This document shows, piece after piece, positions 38,264-51,900 of a DNA stretch of 64,000 nucleotides. Each line of letters begins with the position of its first letter. The first letter of the stretch is position 1. The DNA lies in assembly GCF_001194135.2 (NCBI RefSeq), contig NC_068986.1:66253799-66317798 (forward strand), read 5' to 3'. Source of the stretch: Octopus bimaculoides. Lineage: Eukaryota. Under the pieces are notes generated by a model. The model ran no database searches. It was not told where the DNA came from and saw only the letters and a program-made list of their open reading frames with translations. Made by a program: the position numbers and the translations under genes.

Positions 38264-40598
38264 CAGTGGTACCTCACAGTACGAGTTTAATTCGTTCCAT
38301 GACCAAGCTCATTTTATGATTTACTCATTTTACAAATCAATTTTCACCATTGAAATTGATTAATATATAATTAGTCCATTCTGGACCCCAAAAATCATTT
38401 GTTATGGGTCTTAAAAAAGAAAATGTGCAGTTACAAGGTAAATGACAATTATAAAAACATAATAAATGAGAATGCAAAAGAAATATGTAAACTGGTTTTA
38501 TTAATTTAATTACCTTAAAGATGGGATGATTTGTGTGCAAGGAAGAGAATGGGTCGGGGAGGTGGAGAATTATTGTTTGGAAGGAGAATTTCTTTCCATG
38601 AAGACTTTAGAAAGAACAATTTCTGGCATTTTCCATTACTTTTCACACTTGCAGGTCGTTTTATTAGAAACATATCAAGAGAAGTCTGCTTTTTCCTGCC
38701 TTTCAAAATGTTACAAAAATGCGCCAGAGCAGTGTCATTAAATAAAGCAGCTTCACAACCTGTAGATACTTCTCCAGGATGATATTTTTCTACAAATCCA
38801 GAAACATACTGCCACTTTGCCAACACTGCTTTTATGTCACTCGTAGAGATAGCCTTCACTGTCCTCCTCCAGGGAACCATTCTCTTCCACTACATCTGAA
38901 TCCTGCTGCTCCTGATACTGCAGAAGTTCATCTGTTATCAGCTTCTCTGAATTTTCCTCGAAGAGGTTGTTAATGTCCCTATCATCAACCTCGAGGCCCA
39001 TGGACTTGCCAAGATACACTATCTCCATGACTACAGGTGTCTCAGACTCAAACCCCTCAAACTCTTTTTTGGATACACAGCCAGGCCGCAGTTTCTTCCA
39101 TGCAGAATTCAGTGTTCTTCTCATTACACACTGCCAGCCCATATCAATGATTTTCAGCCACTTAACAATGTTGTAGTGCTCCTTCTAAAACTCAAAGGGT
39201 TAGTTATGTATTTTCAGTGACTTCAAAGCAACAACAAAATAGGTGTTTGGTGTACAATTTCTTAAAATTAGAAATCACCTGTTGGTCTATGGACTACAAG
39301 ATAGGGGTGGTGTTGCATGAAAGGTACAGAACTTTTATGAATTTAAATTCATCCAGGATATCATCTTCGAGGTTAAGAGGGTGAGTAGGAGCATTGTCAA
39401 AGATGAGGAGTGCCTTGAGAGGGAGATCGTTCTCCAGAAGGTACTTTTTAACTACTGGTTGGAAGACAAAATTGACCCACTAGGTGGAGAATTGCCTCAT
39501 GACCCTGGCTTTGATGTTTGCCCTCCACATGACCTATATATAGCTTCTCTTTCATGATTTTGTACAACTTGAATGCTCATGGATTTTGGAATGGTAGACA
39601 AGGAGCAGCTTAATTTTCAAGTCTCCACTCGCATTGGCACAAAGGGTGAGAGTTAGCCTGCCTTTCATAGGCCTGTAGCCTTGCATTTTCTTCTCCTCTG
39701 CAGTTACATGGGTTCTTCTGAGTATTTTTTCCAAAAAAACGACAGTTTGATCGCAGTTGGCTACTTGTTGTGCAATGTACCCCTCAGTTGTGATGAGCTG
39801 ATGAAATTCATGCACAAAATTCTCAGCTGCCATTGTGTCAGAATTCGCTGCTTCTCCATACCTCTTCTTGAAATTATTGAACCAGCTACAACTGGCCTTA
39901 AATGAGTCCACTGATGTCTCCTCTGTCGATGTTCCAAGATTCTGCTTCAGGAGATTCTCATACAGTTCTCATGCTTTCTTACAGATGAGGTTCTCTGTAA
40001 TCGTATCCCCTGTAAGTTACTTCTTGCTGATCCACAGGAGATGCAACTTTTCCATCTCTTTGTGGACAGATGTGCATTGCTTGGAGAGTCTGGCGACACC
40101 CTTTGCTGTTGTAACCACTTTGATCTCGTCCTTTTCCTTCAGGATGGTGCAGATTGTTGACATTCTTCAGTCACATTGACATGCTATATCCACTACATGC
40201 ATTCCTCTCTCATGTTTATCAATGATTTCCTTCTTTGCTGCTATCATAATCAGCATTTTCTCTCAGCATTGTCCTTTGCACTAACTTTCTTAGAACCCAT
40301 GGCTAACCCAACTAATTATAGAATAATAGCTAAAAGTGCACAAAACTAAAAAAAAACAGCTCTGGGAAAAACACAACAGGGATGCTGTTGCAACAAGATA
40401 AATACGTGAACTGAGCGAGTGCAGACTGCGTTTGTTGGGCGAATGTGTGTGAGCTCTGCACCAACTAACGGTCACTTGTATGAAACTCGCTCATATTGTG
40501 GATTTACACTCATACATCAAGACAAAAATTCACATGAGCCTCGGCTCATACAGCAAATTGCTCATACAATGGTGCACTCATATTGCAAGGTCCTACTG
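38264..40598 (-). mobile_element. Tigger/pogo DNA transposon, near full length
   Basis: TA-flanked TIRs cagtggtacctcacagtacgag / ctcatattgcaaggtcctactg; FKASCSWFNNFKKR, NCDQT, KGRLTLTLCANASGDLKIK, FDNAPTH, IDQQVISNFKK. Confidence 0.9.
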
Positions 40599-42159
40599 TA
40601 TATATACATACACACATTCGTGCTCACACACACATGTACTTGTGAGTATATATGCATATTACATTCTTGCTCCTTTTTCCTGCTCATCTTGATTCTTTCC
40701 CTGTTATCACTGTCTCTTCTGTTCATCTCAGCCATAGAGCCATGAGTAAACCAACACTGTTGAGTGATGAAGTATCTCTAATTTGGGGGGAATTTGCAGC
40801 ATCCTTATTATTGATGGTACCACTATAAATCTATCCAGCCAGGATATGTGTGTGGTCAAGAGGAAATGGCAATCTCCCTAGTGCTGGTGGAACAATAAAT
40901 TGCACCGATGTGCACTCTATGTGGTTGGTGATAGGAAGGGTATCCAGCTATAAACTGAGATGTACCCACATGATGTAGCCTTCTGACCCATGTATGAAAG
41001 CTGTGTCGCCAGTAGAAAAAAAAAACTAACTCAAACTGTGACAACCTATCTGACCCTTATTAGCTTGGGAAGTGGGTGTAAAATGATGATGATGATGATG
41101 TGTGTGTGTGTGTGTGTGTGATTAGAGCCTTTGTATAAAAAAATGTTATACAAGATTCTGTCTACCCTATTTTATAAAAACAGGTTATCTTACAGACAGT
41201 TAGTGGACATGAGCCATTATATGTGATTATCAAATTTGTTGTTGTTGTTGTTTAAGTAAAATTTATTTTAATAACTATAATGTTATATCTGAAGTAGTAA
41301 GAGTTCAAGCAGTAGACTAAAATGCATGCCATGAGGAGGAAGAGGCATAGTGTAGGTTTTTAATTTGATCATTAGTGATTCTCAGTCCCGGGCAACTAGT
41401 ATGTTCTATAGAAAATATATTTTCAAGCAGACTTTGTGGCTCAAAAGTTAACAATGACACTTGTTACAGTTGTTAAGTTTCCTTTTCTATTGAAGCTTTT
41501 AATTCTGAAGAAATAGAAGTATTTGAGAACTGGTAATTACTCATAAATACAGTATTTTGTAGAACCATGTTTACTGGTGAGAAATATCTGCTATGTTTGA
41601 TGGGAAAAAATGTGTTGCACCTTCTTTTTCACAGAAGGTGCAATATTTGAAGTATATTATAAACTTTTTGGAAAGATAACTAGAATCAACTCCAGTGTAT
41701 TCTGCTTTTACAAAACATTAAATAAACACTTTACTTTTATAACTGCCAGGAGTTATCTTCAGCTCAAGTGTATACACATGGAACACACAGTACTGTGAGT
41801 TTGTGAAACATGGAACATGACTACAGAGGTTCCAAGATAGTTAATAATTCAAAAGGTACAAGTTGAATGCATAATTCAGAAAGTGATTTGGTCTAAAGCA
41901 ATCCACCTGTCTATGCAGGAGAGAGAACTATTTTCTGTTAGTAATGTGAGTAGTTGATGCATGATAATTATTATAAATTGATGGTGAAAAGTATATATAG
42001 TAGAGATAGATCAAGGAAAATTTAGGTATTGATTAAATCAGATCATTGACTATTTCTTTACATTAAATGACACAGAAAGAGATACTTAATTTGTAGAATT
42101 GTCCACTGTATTCTTACATTGAAAATGGTTGTTGAACCAACAATAATGATAATATAATG

Positions 42160-44900
42160 AAATTATTGTATACAGTGCTCAAGTGCACTACAACTTGTCA
42201 AAAGTGCATGTAAAGCATATGCAGTAATGTACAAATGTCTGGAAAGTGAACAGTGTATGAGTCAAGTACATGCTTGCGTGTGTATAGAGGGGAGAAAATC
42301 AGGTGTAGTGTTGGCGAATCTCAGGAAGCATGGAAGTTTTGAAGGATGCAGTGCTCCGACAGCTAACGACTGATGGGGATTGCGAAGGGGACCAACTGGA
42401 GAGTGAGGTCTCTGCTTTGAATGTACATACTTCCAGAACACTTTGCTGTCAGGGTTGGTTGCTATGCGCTGTTCGAATTCAAGCACTGCCTTTTTTGTCA
42501 CCTGCTTGAGATGGTTGGATGATCTATTGTGCTTTTTCCTGTTGATCTCTGATTTGTGCATTTTGTATTCCTGTTCAGTATTACGGCGTTCTTTCCTGGC
42601 AAGTCAGACTACTACAGTCTCCCAGATTGCAAAAAACCACCCAGATTGAGTGGTTTGGTACCGATGCTGCACATGCCATCCATATTGAATTCAGAATGTT
42701 CTGAAGTATAGTATTCACATCTCCAGAGACATAAAATTCGAGCCAGTTTGGGCATCGCCGCTCGGTACAATAAGAGTTCCAATCTGCTTTATTCCAGTCG
42801 AAGCGGGCAGTTTGAAGATGGTTGTGGTTTTTGTTACAACCAATCAGAGACAAGTTGGCCATGATCATGGAATGATCAGAGTCACCCAAAGGTTCTTCAG
42901 TAGTGACACTAATAATTGTTTCAGGAGAAGTGGTAAATAGCAGATCCAAAGCGTTGTTACCCCTTGTGGAGGAGGTAACGACTTGGGACCAATTTGAATT
43001 CAGCACTAGCTCAAGGAAATCGTCTGCACTTTGCGGCCAACGGAAGGCCTCCCAGTCAATCTCAAGGAAATTGAAGTCTCCTGCAATATAAACATAAGTG
43101 GCTGTTTTCATGGCAGCAACTCTGAGGACATCAAAAAGTTGTGTGTATTGATGATAATTTGGGCGGGGCAGTAAACAACTCCAAGTAGAAGTGTTGACAT
43201 GATCATGTGTATATTGCAGAAAAATACTTCCTGTTGAGATTGGTTCAAATCATTACAAGGAATTGCCAATAGGTTTGAATGAACATAAACCTTCACATTC
43301 CCACCACAGCGATTAATGCAGTCTTTGCAGAACCGGTTGTAGCTGGCTATTCTGAAAACCCCATCACAGAGTACAGAATGTGCCCATGTTTCCATGACTG
43401 TGATGAAATCTCGGTCGATACTTTTGACGTAAGAGTCAAAAAGATATACCTTGTTGCATAAACTACAGGCATTTAAGGACAACAGTTTGTATCTGGATTT
43501 CAGATGATGATGATATACAGAGGATGGCTGATTGTTCTTGTTTAGTTTCCTATGATTTTTGTATTGCCAGTTATTGTGGGTGCAGTATGCTCAGACCAAC
43601 TGATATCCCTTATCCATGATTCACCAGACTTGACGAATTTCCATATTTGCCCCTCGTCGCGTAGGCTAAAGAGTTGTGATTTATGGAAGTTACAGTTCTT
43701 AGCTTTGGGCGTATATCAGGTGGTAGGCCAGGGCGTGTCTGAAAGGTAATTCTGTTTTCGTGCCGAGCCCTATCAGCGGCTAGATGGTATGCCCACACCT
43801 CAGTAGAGTTTGAAAACGACAGCCCAATCAATTTGGGTTTGGATCCTGGTCGGCCAAGGTGGAAAGCACTTTTTGGAGAAACACAGCTTAGGTTCTTAGA
43901 TGTGTTACCAGTAAATGCCTGTAGATCAACTATGTCTTCTGATACTCTGATGACAATTACCTCATAGGTGGTTGATTCAGTGGCTTCCTCGATGTGTCTA
44001 GGTTCAGTAAGAGCTATGGGTAAATTGTTGAGCAAGGCACTCCGATACGATCCCTCATTGTGAGGCTTTGCACAGATGCTGGCTTTGATTTCTGCTATTT
44101 CTCAGCTTAAAGCAGAAATCATTTATCGAATTTCCGCAACTTCTGTACTGATGGTCGATTTTTGTTGGTGTTGAGAAGTGTCAGGAGAGGAGGGCATGGT
44201 TGGCTTTTGTTCCTGCTGATGTTCTTCGGCTGGAATGGTAAATTTTTGTTGTTGTTGAAGAATGACAGGGGAGGAAGACATTGGCGGCTTTAGCTTATAT
44301 CGATGTTCTTCAACAGGAATGGTCGATTTTTGTTGCTGTTGTTGAAGAGTGACAGGGGAGGAATACACTGGCGGGTTCAGTTTTTGTTGTTTTTCTTCAT
44401 CAACAGAACTGGTATTGGGAGACATAGTAGTTGGTTTCAGTTGCTGTTCAGCAGCAATGGCAGAAGATACCATTGTCGGTTTTTGTTGTTGCTGTTCAAC
44501 AAGGACACACAAGTCAGACACTGAAATGACCAGTTTAGTAGCTGGACCATTTCCCAGTGTTTATCCATCATAGAAGTATGGTGTCCTTTTTTTTGACCTG
44601 GGATCTTTTGAAAGCAGATCGAAACACAACATTTACTGCATTCAGCCCATCTATTTCGGAAGGAATTTTAGAGTTCTATGCATAGATGACAGATGTGATT
44701 TGCTGGGCAATGCTCTATTTTGGGACAGCGACCAGTTTTCTCACACAGTTCATCTACGGATGACAACGTGTCAGTTTTGTTCTGTCTGCCCATCCGTACC
44801 ATAGTGCAAAAGGTAAACAAATTAAAAAAAGAGACATGGAGACATAGCACACTTGTTAGGGAGATAAATAAGATGTTTTATTTTTTGTTGTTATTGTTGT
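42160..44900 (-). mobile_element. CR1/L2-group LINE with ORF1 + APE endonuclease, RT deleted
   Basis: Cys-rich ORF1 start, Q-rich repeats, HLGRPGSKPKLIGLSF; LNACSLCNK, VMETW, IAGDFN, TRGNNALDLL, GDSDH; FWKYVHSK joined directly to a C-terminal SVVSCRSTASFKTSML* and an att-rich tail. Confidence 0.85.
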
Positions 44901-45287
44901 TAACTGTTCACGCTTTCCTCGTTGTATGTGTGTATACAAAAAGATACAATTATATATACAATGAAGAGATGTAAGGAGTCAATGGTTGGTGTGTTTATAA
45001 TGTGCACACAATATTCACTGTAATGCCTCAGCGAAAAAGAAGAAAGTATGATTTTATATTCGCTTTGTGTATATATTCGTGTGTGGTGTGTGCTGATATA
45101 TAAAACTGTGTGTATGGTTTTTCTAGAATTCGGGATGTACTTACAATTATCCCTATGAGGTAGAGTGGCTTATTTTCAATTGTGGTTGTTACATGTGGTA
45201 ACACAAAGATTTACAACAAGGAGACAAAATAATATAACAAGGCCAAGACAATCTGATATTCCTAGGACATTCATAAATAGAAAGGTG

Positions 45288-45335
45288 GTCTTATAGCTGT
45301 TTCAGGGAAATAAATGATCTCCTATCATTAAAGAC
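45288..45335 (-). ncRNA. decayed minimal hammerhead-like motif
   Basis: GUCU-uUaAUGA-...-GAA-ACAGCUaU-A-AGAC: helix I intact, two core transitions, imperfect helix III palindrome. Confidence 0.3.
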
Positions 45336-46450
45336 AAGTTAAAAGGGCTTCAATAGACGGAATTAGTAGAGTTCATTTTTAGAAGTTACTGATGATGAAA
45401 GATGATAAATGCTTGGAAGTGAAATCACAAACTGATGTGCTATACATTTCCCATTTTAGTGAACAATAGAATTTTAAATGTAATTTATGATTATTTCAGA
45501 ACTCTTACATAGATAAATAAAAAAATTTTGCTATTACTTGATTTGCTATGACTTGAATTGCTCATACCATACTTTTTACTTGTTGTTCAAGGTGCCTTTG
45601 TGTCACAAGCATAGATACACTCTCCACTCTATCATCCTTGACCCAGTGAAACAGTGATGATAAAACAGCTAGAGAGAGAGCTGCACCTGCAGTCAGCTGA
45701 TACTTGTTTTCAGCTGATTAGACTGGAGCAGTGTTAGTGACAGGAAGGGTATCCAGTCACAGAAAATCCATCCTAACAAACTCCATCTAATCTATGCAAG
45801 CATGGAAAAGTGGACATTAAATGATGACAGTTCATTTCACAGTTCAGTTAAAATTCAGTTAAACTATTGAATTCAATTAATTTGTAAATTCAATCCAATG
45901 ATACCAGCTTTTGATTGTTCAGTAGTTATTTTGTAATAGTCTCCGATTGTTTTATGTTATATACTGGACAGATATAACATATTATGCTTCAGTGCAACTT
46001 AGTACATTCCCAATCCAGAACTGCTAATTATATACCTTTCATATTTCCTTAACAATTCAAAGGTTGATGCGCTCCAATAGATAATCAATAATACACATTA
46101 AAAGTTCTTTGAAATGTAATCAAAGTCACAATCAGCTTCGACTAATTATTTTTGTGTTTGCATGTTGATAGTATCTAGAGCAAAACTCATATTGACTTCT
46201 CTGTGTGGACAGCAAATGGAAGTTCTATCATGACAGTGGCTAAATTGCAATCTCCTGAAATCTATTTTTGACAGTATTTCACATCACTTCCATCATATTA
46301 ACATAACCAGTTGTCTTTCTTTGTAGCACAGTGGCCATCTTGCTTATCTATATACAGGTTCATAGTTTCTGATCAACTGAACTGTAAATATTACTATTCC
46401 CATTACTGTTACTGTTCAGCTTTGCCATTCTAATATTTCATCTATTATAA

Positions 46451-46666
46451 GGTGGCGAGTTGGCAGAAATGTTAGCACGCCAGGTGAAATGCTTAGCGGT
46501 ATTTCGTGTGTCTTTACGTTCTGAGTTCAAATTCCACCAAGGTCGACTTTGCCTTTCATCCTTTCGGGGTCGATAAATTAAGTACCAGTTGCGTACTGGG
46601 CGAATCTAATTGACTGACTCCCCTCCCCCAAAATTTCGGGCCTTGTGCCTAGAGTAGAAAAGAATA
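46451..46666 (+). mobile_element. tRNA-derived SINE family 2, full length
   Basis: ggtggcgagttggcagaa (A-box-like)...ctgagttcaaattcc (B-box-like)...ggggtcgataaattaagtaccag. Confidence 0.85.
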
Positions 46667-47479
46667 TTTTAGTTATTGTTAGTTTTAAATCTAATGTAAG
46701 TTGGAACAATTGAACAATCATTAATTTGCTTTTGCTTTGTCATTTCCTTTTTTTTTTTATCTTTTTCTAGTTTGTAGATATGATAGGATTAATGCACACT
46801 TCAAAGCCATAAATAAATGATCCAATGGCCCTCATGAAGACCTTGTTACCAGATAGTATATGTAGTGAAAATGACTTTGTCAACTCAACTCACATTATTT
46901 TTCACTCATGGTAGCTCAAAATATATTGCAATTCTAAAGAGAGAGAGAGTGAAATAATTTGTTTTGAAAAAATTGTGTGTATGTATGTATAAAAGCTACA
47001 AATATCTACTGGCCAGACACTGATGCAAAAAATATAGCTAGTTATTCAACCATCAGAGATATCCATCAGTGAGTGGTCAACATTATTGATTTCTGTAAGT
47101 GAGAGGAATGTGAGATGTGGTTTTTGTTTCTATTTGTAGGTTATTAATAGCCAAATAAATGATTACGAGTAGGAATCAGTCCTGTCTTACACTCAGATTA
47201 CCGGAAGCTGACCACCTTCTCAAAGTTTTTCAGGAAAATGTTATTGTAAATATGATGAGATGGGCATGGCTGGAGTGCTTTTTTGTCATAAGTCTGTTTA
47301 ATCAAGGTTACCCAATAATTGTCCAGCGTGTACATGTGTATTAAGAGAGCCTTTTACAGTACTGCCACTTCAATTATAGCTTTCTAAACTTTTGCTTTTC
47401 CTCGGTGATTAGTAACATGTCCAGCAAAATATGTGAGACTTAGAATACTAGAAAACAATATATATGCATATATTCTTTT

Positions 47480-47682
47480 ATTCTTTTACTTGTTTCATTC
47501 AGTTGACTGCAGCCATACTGAGGGGATTTAGTCAAACAAAAAACCCCAGAATTTATTTTTTAAGCTTAGTACTTATTGTGTCGGTCCCTTTTGATGAACC
47601 ACTAAGTTACAGGGATGTAAATACACCAGCATCAGTTGTCAAGCGGTGATGGGGGGGGACAAACAAAAGCACACACATACAC
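47480..47682 (-). mobile_element. SINE family 1 3' half
   Basis: Reverse complement of 1-192 / 58260-58441. Confidence 0.8.
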
Positions 47683-48120
47683 ANNNNNNNNNNNNNNNNN
47701 NNNNNNNNNNNNNNNNNNNNNNNNNNNNNNNNNNNNNNNNNNNNNNNNNNNNNNNNNNNNNNNNNNNNNNNNNNNNNNNNNNNNNNNNNNNNNNNNNNNN
47801 NNNNNNNNNNNNNNNNNNNNNNNNNNNNNNNNNNNNNNNNNNNNNNNNNNNNNNNNNNNNNNNNNNNNNNNNNNNNNNNNNNNNNNNNNNNNNNNNNNNN
47901 NNNNNNNNNNNNNNNNNNNNNNNNNNNNNNNNNNNNNNNNNNNNNNNNNNNNNNNNNNNNNNNNNNNNNNNNNNNNNNNNNNNNNNNNNNNNNNNNNNNN
48001 NNNNNNNNNNNNNNNNNNNNNNNNNNNNNNNNNNNNNNNNNNNNNNNNNNNNNNNNNNNNNNNNNNNNNNNNNNNNNNNNNNNNNNNNNNNNNNNNNNNN
48101 NNNNNNNNNNNTGTATATAT

Positions 48121-48760
48121 ATATCATCATCATCATCATCATCATTATCATTTAGTGTCCATTGTCTATGCTGGCATGGGTTGGACAGTTTGACCAGGGC
48201 TGGTAAGCTGAGGGGCTGCACCAGACTCTAGTCTGATTTGGCATGGTTTCTATGGCTGGATGCCCTTCCTAAAGCCAACAACTCCAAGAGTGTAATGGGT
48301 GCTTTTACGTGTCACTGGCACAGGTTGCAATTTGCATGACACCAATATCTGCCATGACTATGATTTCACTTGGCTTGACAGGTCTTCTCAAGCATGTCAT
48401 TTGTCATTGCCTCTCTGAGGCCCAGTGCTCGGAAGGTGCTTTTTACGTGCCACTGGCATGGGTGCTTTTTATATGCTTCAGGCATTGGTGCTAGTTATGT
48501 GGAACCAGCATCAGCCACATTGCCTCCGTGAGACCCAACATTTGAAGATCATGCTTCACCACCTCATCCCATGTCTTCTGGGTTTCCCTGTTCCACTGTG
48601 TCCTTCCACTGGAAGAGATTAGCACTTCTTCACACAACTGTCCACATGCATATGCATCACATGACTGGACCAATACAGTCATTTCTCTTGTACACCACAT
48701 CTGATGTCTCTCAAGACACTTACACTCTGTCGTGCATGCACACTGACATTACACATCCAG
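48121..48760 (-). mobile_element. RTE 3' end with (gat)n tail
   Basis: catcatcat...ctatgctggcatgggttggac; ETQKTWDEVVKHDL. Confidence 0.8.
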
Positions 48761-48978
48761 TGAAGCACATATATGTATGTATACATGTATATATACATAT
48801 ATATATAGAGAGAGAGACACAGACAGACAGAGATATCTGTTTACTTTTGGCAAAGGCCTTGTAATGCACTCTTAAAAGCCCCTTATACTTCTTGATGGCT
48901 ACCACATTTTAATTTCATCTCCCGTGGTAATCCAATGGTATGGGTATACATGTGGAACTCCTTTCAGCTTAGGATAAA

Positions 48979-49449
48979 TAACTGATGGTTCTGGCTCTTG
49001 TTTGTAACTTTTGGTGAGCCATGGTGCAACCAACAACATGGTAAAAATCCCTGCCATTAATTTGGTGTGGATGGGTAATATCAAACAATTCAATCACAAC
49101 ATATATTTAAATGAAACATGAAAAAAATTGAAATATTATCATCACTTACATGGAAAAATTTAAATATTATCTTTCAGTATTTTATAAGGTAAAATCTTAA
49201 ATTATTAATTGACACATTATTATCTTATAACAGCAATGCCTGGAAAAATCATGGACTACATGGAAAAATGCGAGCATGAAAAGTAATATTTTTAAGATTA
49301 TAAACCTGGAAAAGTACAGGACAGGTTATTACACCTGTAAAAGTATAGGACAAGCTATTACTTCTAGTAAAGTAGAGCATAAGAAACTTTTTATTTAATA
49401 TATTGCTGCTAAAATTAAAATTTGAATATTATAACTTATTTTATTATAG
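48979..49449. repeat. copy C of AT-rich multicopy element
   Basis: Reverse complement of 24982-25457. Confidence 0.85.
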
Positions 49450-49890
49450 TTCTTTGTTCATAAAATATAGTCCTTCCTTCACTTTCAGACATTGGCAAGC
49501 TTCATTTGCCAAACACAAAGTCTTGCTTTCTGAAATGTCTTGAACATCCCAGGCACTCAGAGCCACCTTCAGCATACAGATATATCTGCAAAATCTGAGA
49601 TGGTACCATCAGTATCTGCTACCTGCCCACTGTCATTGTCTTCCACGAGAATGTGAACAAAGTGTTCATACCTTACTGAAAGAAACAACATTAAGTTACC
49701 ATGATGTAAGAAGGACACATACATTCCAGATAGTTTTAGAAATTTACCCTAGAAAAGAGTCACAATGGTGTATGCAAGAAAATGTCAGGCAAGACCAGAG
49801 TTGGGCAGTTGGATAAACATCCTCTGGCACCCAATGAATAAGAATGATTTTTAAAAAATCTTTGACTTCCAACCAAAGTTGTATCTGTTA

Positions 49891-51107
49891 CAAGAATAGG
49901 CTGACTGTGATGGAGTGATGCTACAGCTGTGAAATCTTACATGTATTTCATATCTACTTATTAATATCGGCATTGTTTCTTTCTAGATAAACTGACATCT
50001 GACTGTTCAAAGAAGACTTTGAAAGTAACTAGTAGTGACTTCTCTTGAAAATTAACAAAATTTGGCATTGTGATGTTATCTATACCTGCAGGAAAAGGGT
50101 TTAGCTCCCAAGGACATTCAAGCTGGCATACTTGTTACATTAGGGGATGATACTCCAGCTTTATCAACAGTGCAAAATCAGGCAACTGAATTTTAGGAGG
50201 GAAGGGAGTGTGTTGAAGACAACCCAAGGTCTGGGCATCCTACAACTGCCACCACAGAGGAAAACATTGATCATGTTCACCACATGGTGATGAGTGACAG
50301 GCGATTGACCATAAATCAAATAGCCATTGCTATTAACATATCCTGTGAGGGAGTTGAGAATTTTCTCCCCAATGAATTCAGCTCGACAAAGGTTTCTGCT
50401 CAGTGGCTGCCACATCTTCTGACACATGATCAAAAGTGCACCAGGCTGATTGTAGCACAGGAAAATCTGCCATTGTTGAGGCAGATCCAGCTGGTTTCTT
50501 TGAACATTTCCTAATTCAGGATGAGTGGTGGGTTCATCACTTTGGGTCAGACAAAGAGACAATCCAATGAAAACCAGAGTAGTTTCATCTGTATGGAAGG
50601 TGATGGGCTCAGTTTTTTTATGATAAAAAAGGCATTGTTTATTGACTATCTTCAAAAGAGCCACACCATCAATGCAAAATAATATGCCAGCTTCCTGAGG
50701 CAGTTACGAAAGGCTATCAATACCAAATCCACAGGAAAGCTGACAAAAAGAATCTTGATTCACAAGGACAATGCTCCAGCTGACAAGTTCCTGCTTTCAA
50801 TGGCTGTTGTGCAAGACTGTGGCTTTGAACTGGTTGATCATCCTCCCTATTTTCTTGATTTGGCCACATCTGACTATCATCTGCTCCCAACTTGAAAAAA
50901 CACTTGACAGTGATGATGATATCATATCTGCTGTTGATGACTTTTTTGACAGCAGGACAAAAGTTTCTTAACCAATCAGATCAAAGTGCTGCAACATCAA
51001 TGGAAGAAGTGTATGGACTACAAAGCGGACTATGCTGAAGAAGAAAACTTTGGTCACATTCCATGAGAGTATCTTAGTCTACTTATCAGCTTTTCAGCTG
51101 ACCCTGA
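49891..51107 (+). mobile_element. mariner (DD34D) element with TA TSD
   Basis: TA at 49889-90 and 51108-9; QDEWWVHHF, HKDNAP, HPPYFLDLATSDYHL. Confidence 0.85.
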
Positions 51108-51584
51108 TACATCAAGGCAATCTGTAATGTTTATTTGCCCCAACATCCTCATGCAAAATTAGTCACAAGAAGGTGGATACTTGAGTTGTGTTTCATTGAC
51201 TGCATTCATTGGAGTATAAAGAAAAGACTATTCATGTGCACATTGTAGACCCAGTGTTGTAATCCTGGTAACCATAATCTGATCTGGTTTTCAATCTTTG
51301 GCTGACATGTTGGTTGCCTTTAGAATGGGTAAGAATGACAGGTTTTATGACATCAGCACTATTTGTAGAAACCTTGAGAGAGGAGCTATGATCTTGAGTA
51401 TGACAATGTGTTTCATGCATGTTCAGGCTGCAACAAGTCTGCTTTTAACAACAGGGTCAAGATGCCACTTTGACAGGTCTAACCTATGAAGACATCAGAG
51501 ACATTTGCGTATCAGAGTAACCCTATGTTTCAGCAGTGAGATGTCAACAAAGACACTTTGAAGAAGCTTGAAAGACTAATTGTT

Positions 51585-51900
51585 AACTGGCACTTTGTCA
51601 GTTCCGATGATGAAGGTTCCAGTTAATCTGATCAATGGGACAGCCTGCTCATAGAATTAATGTGCAAGTGGCTGAGCACTCCATAGACATTTGTACCCTT
51701 AACATAGTTCTCAGGGATGTTCAGCATGACACAATGTGATAAGGCTGGCCCTTTGAAATACAAGTACTACTCATTTTTGCCAGATGAATGGACTGAAGCA
51801 GTGTAACATAAGTGTCTTGCTCAAGGACACAACATGCTGCCAAATATTGAACTTACAATCATGAGCCGAATACCCTAACCACTTAGTCATGCACTCTCAC
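51585..51900 (-). mobile_element. SINE family 3 copy
   Basis: Matches 23214-23592. Confidence 0.75.

Noticed and set aside
5888-48221. Long X-rich ORFs in the supplied track (for example 7557-8150, 19348-19851, 24568-25035, 47607-48221)
   Set aside because: Artefacts of N gaps and (TA)n/(CA)n microsatellites
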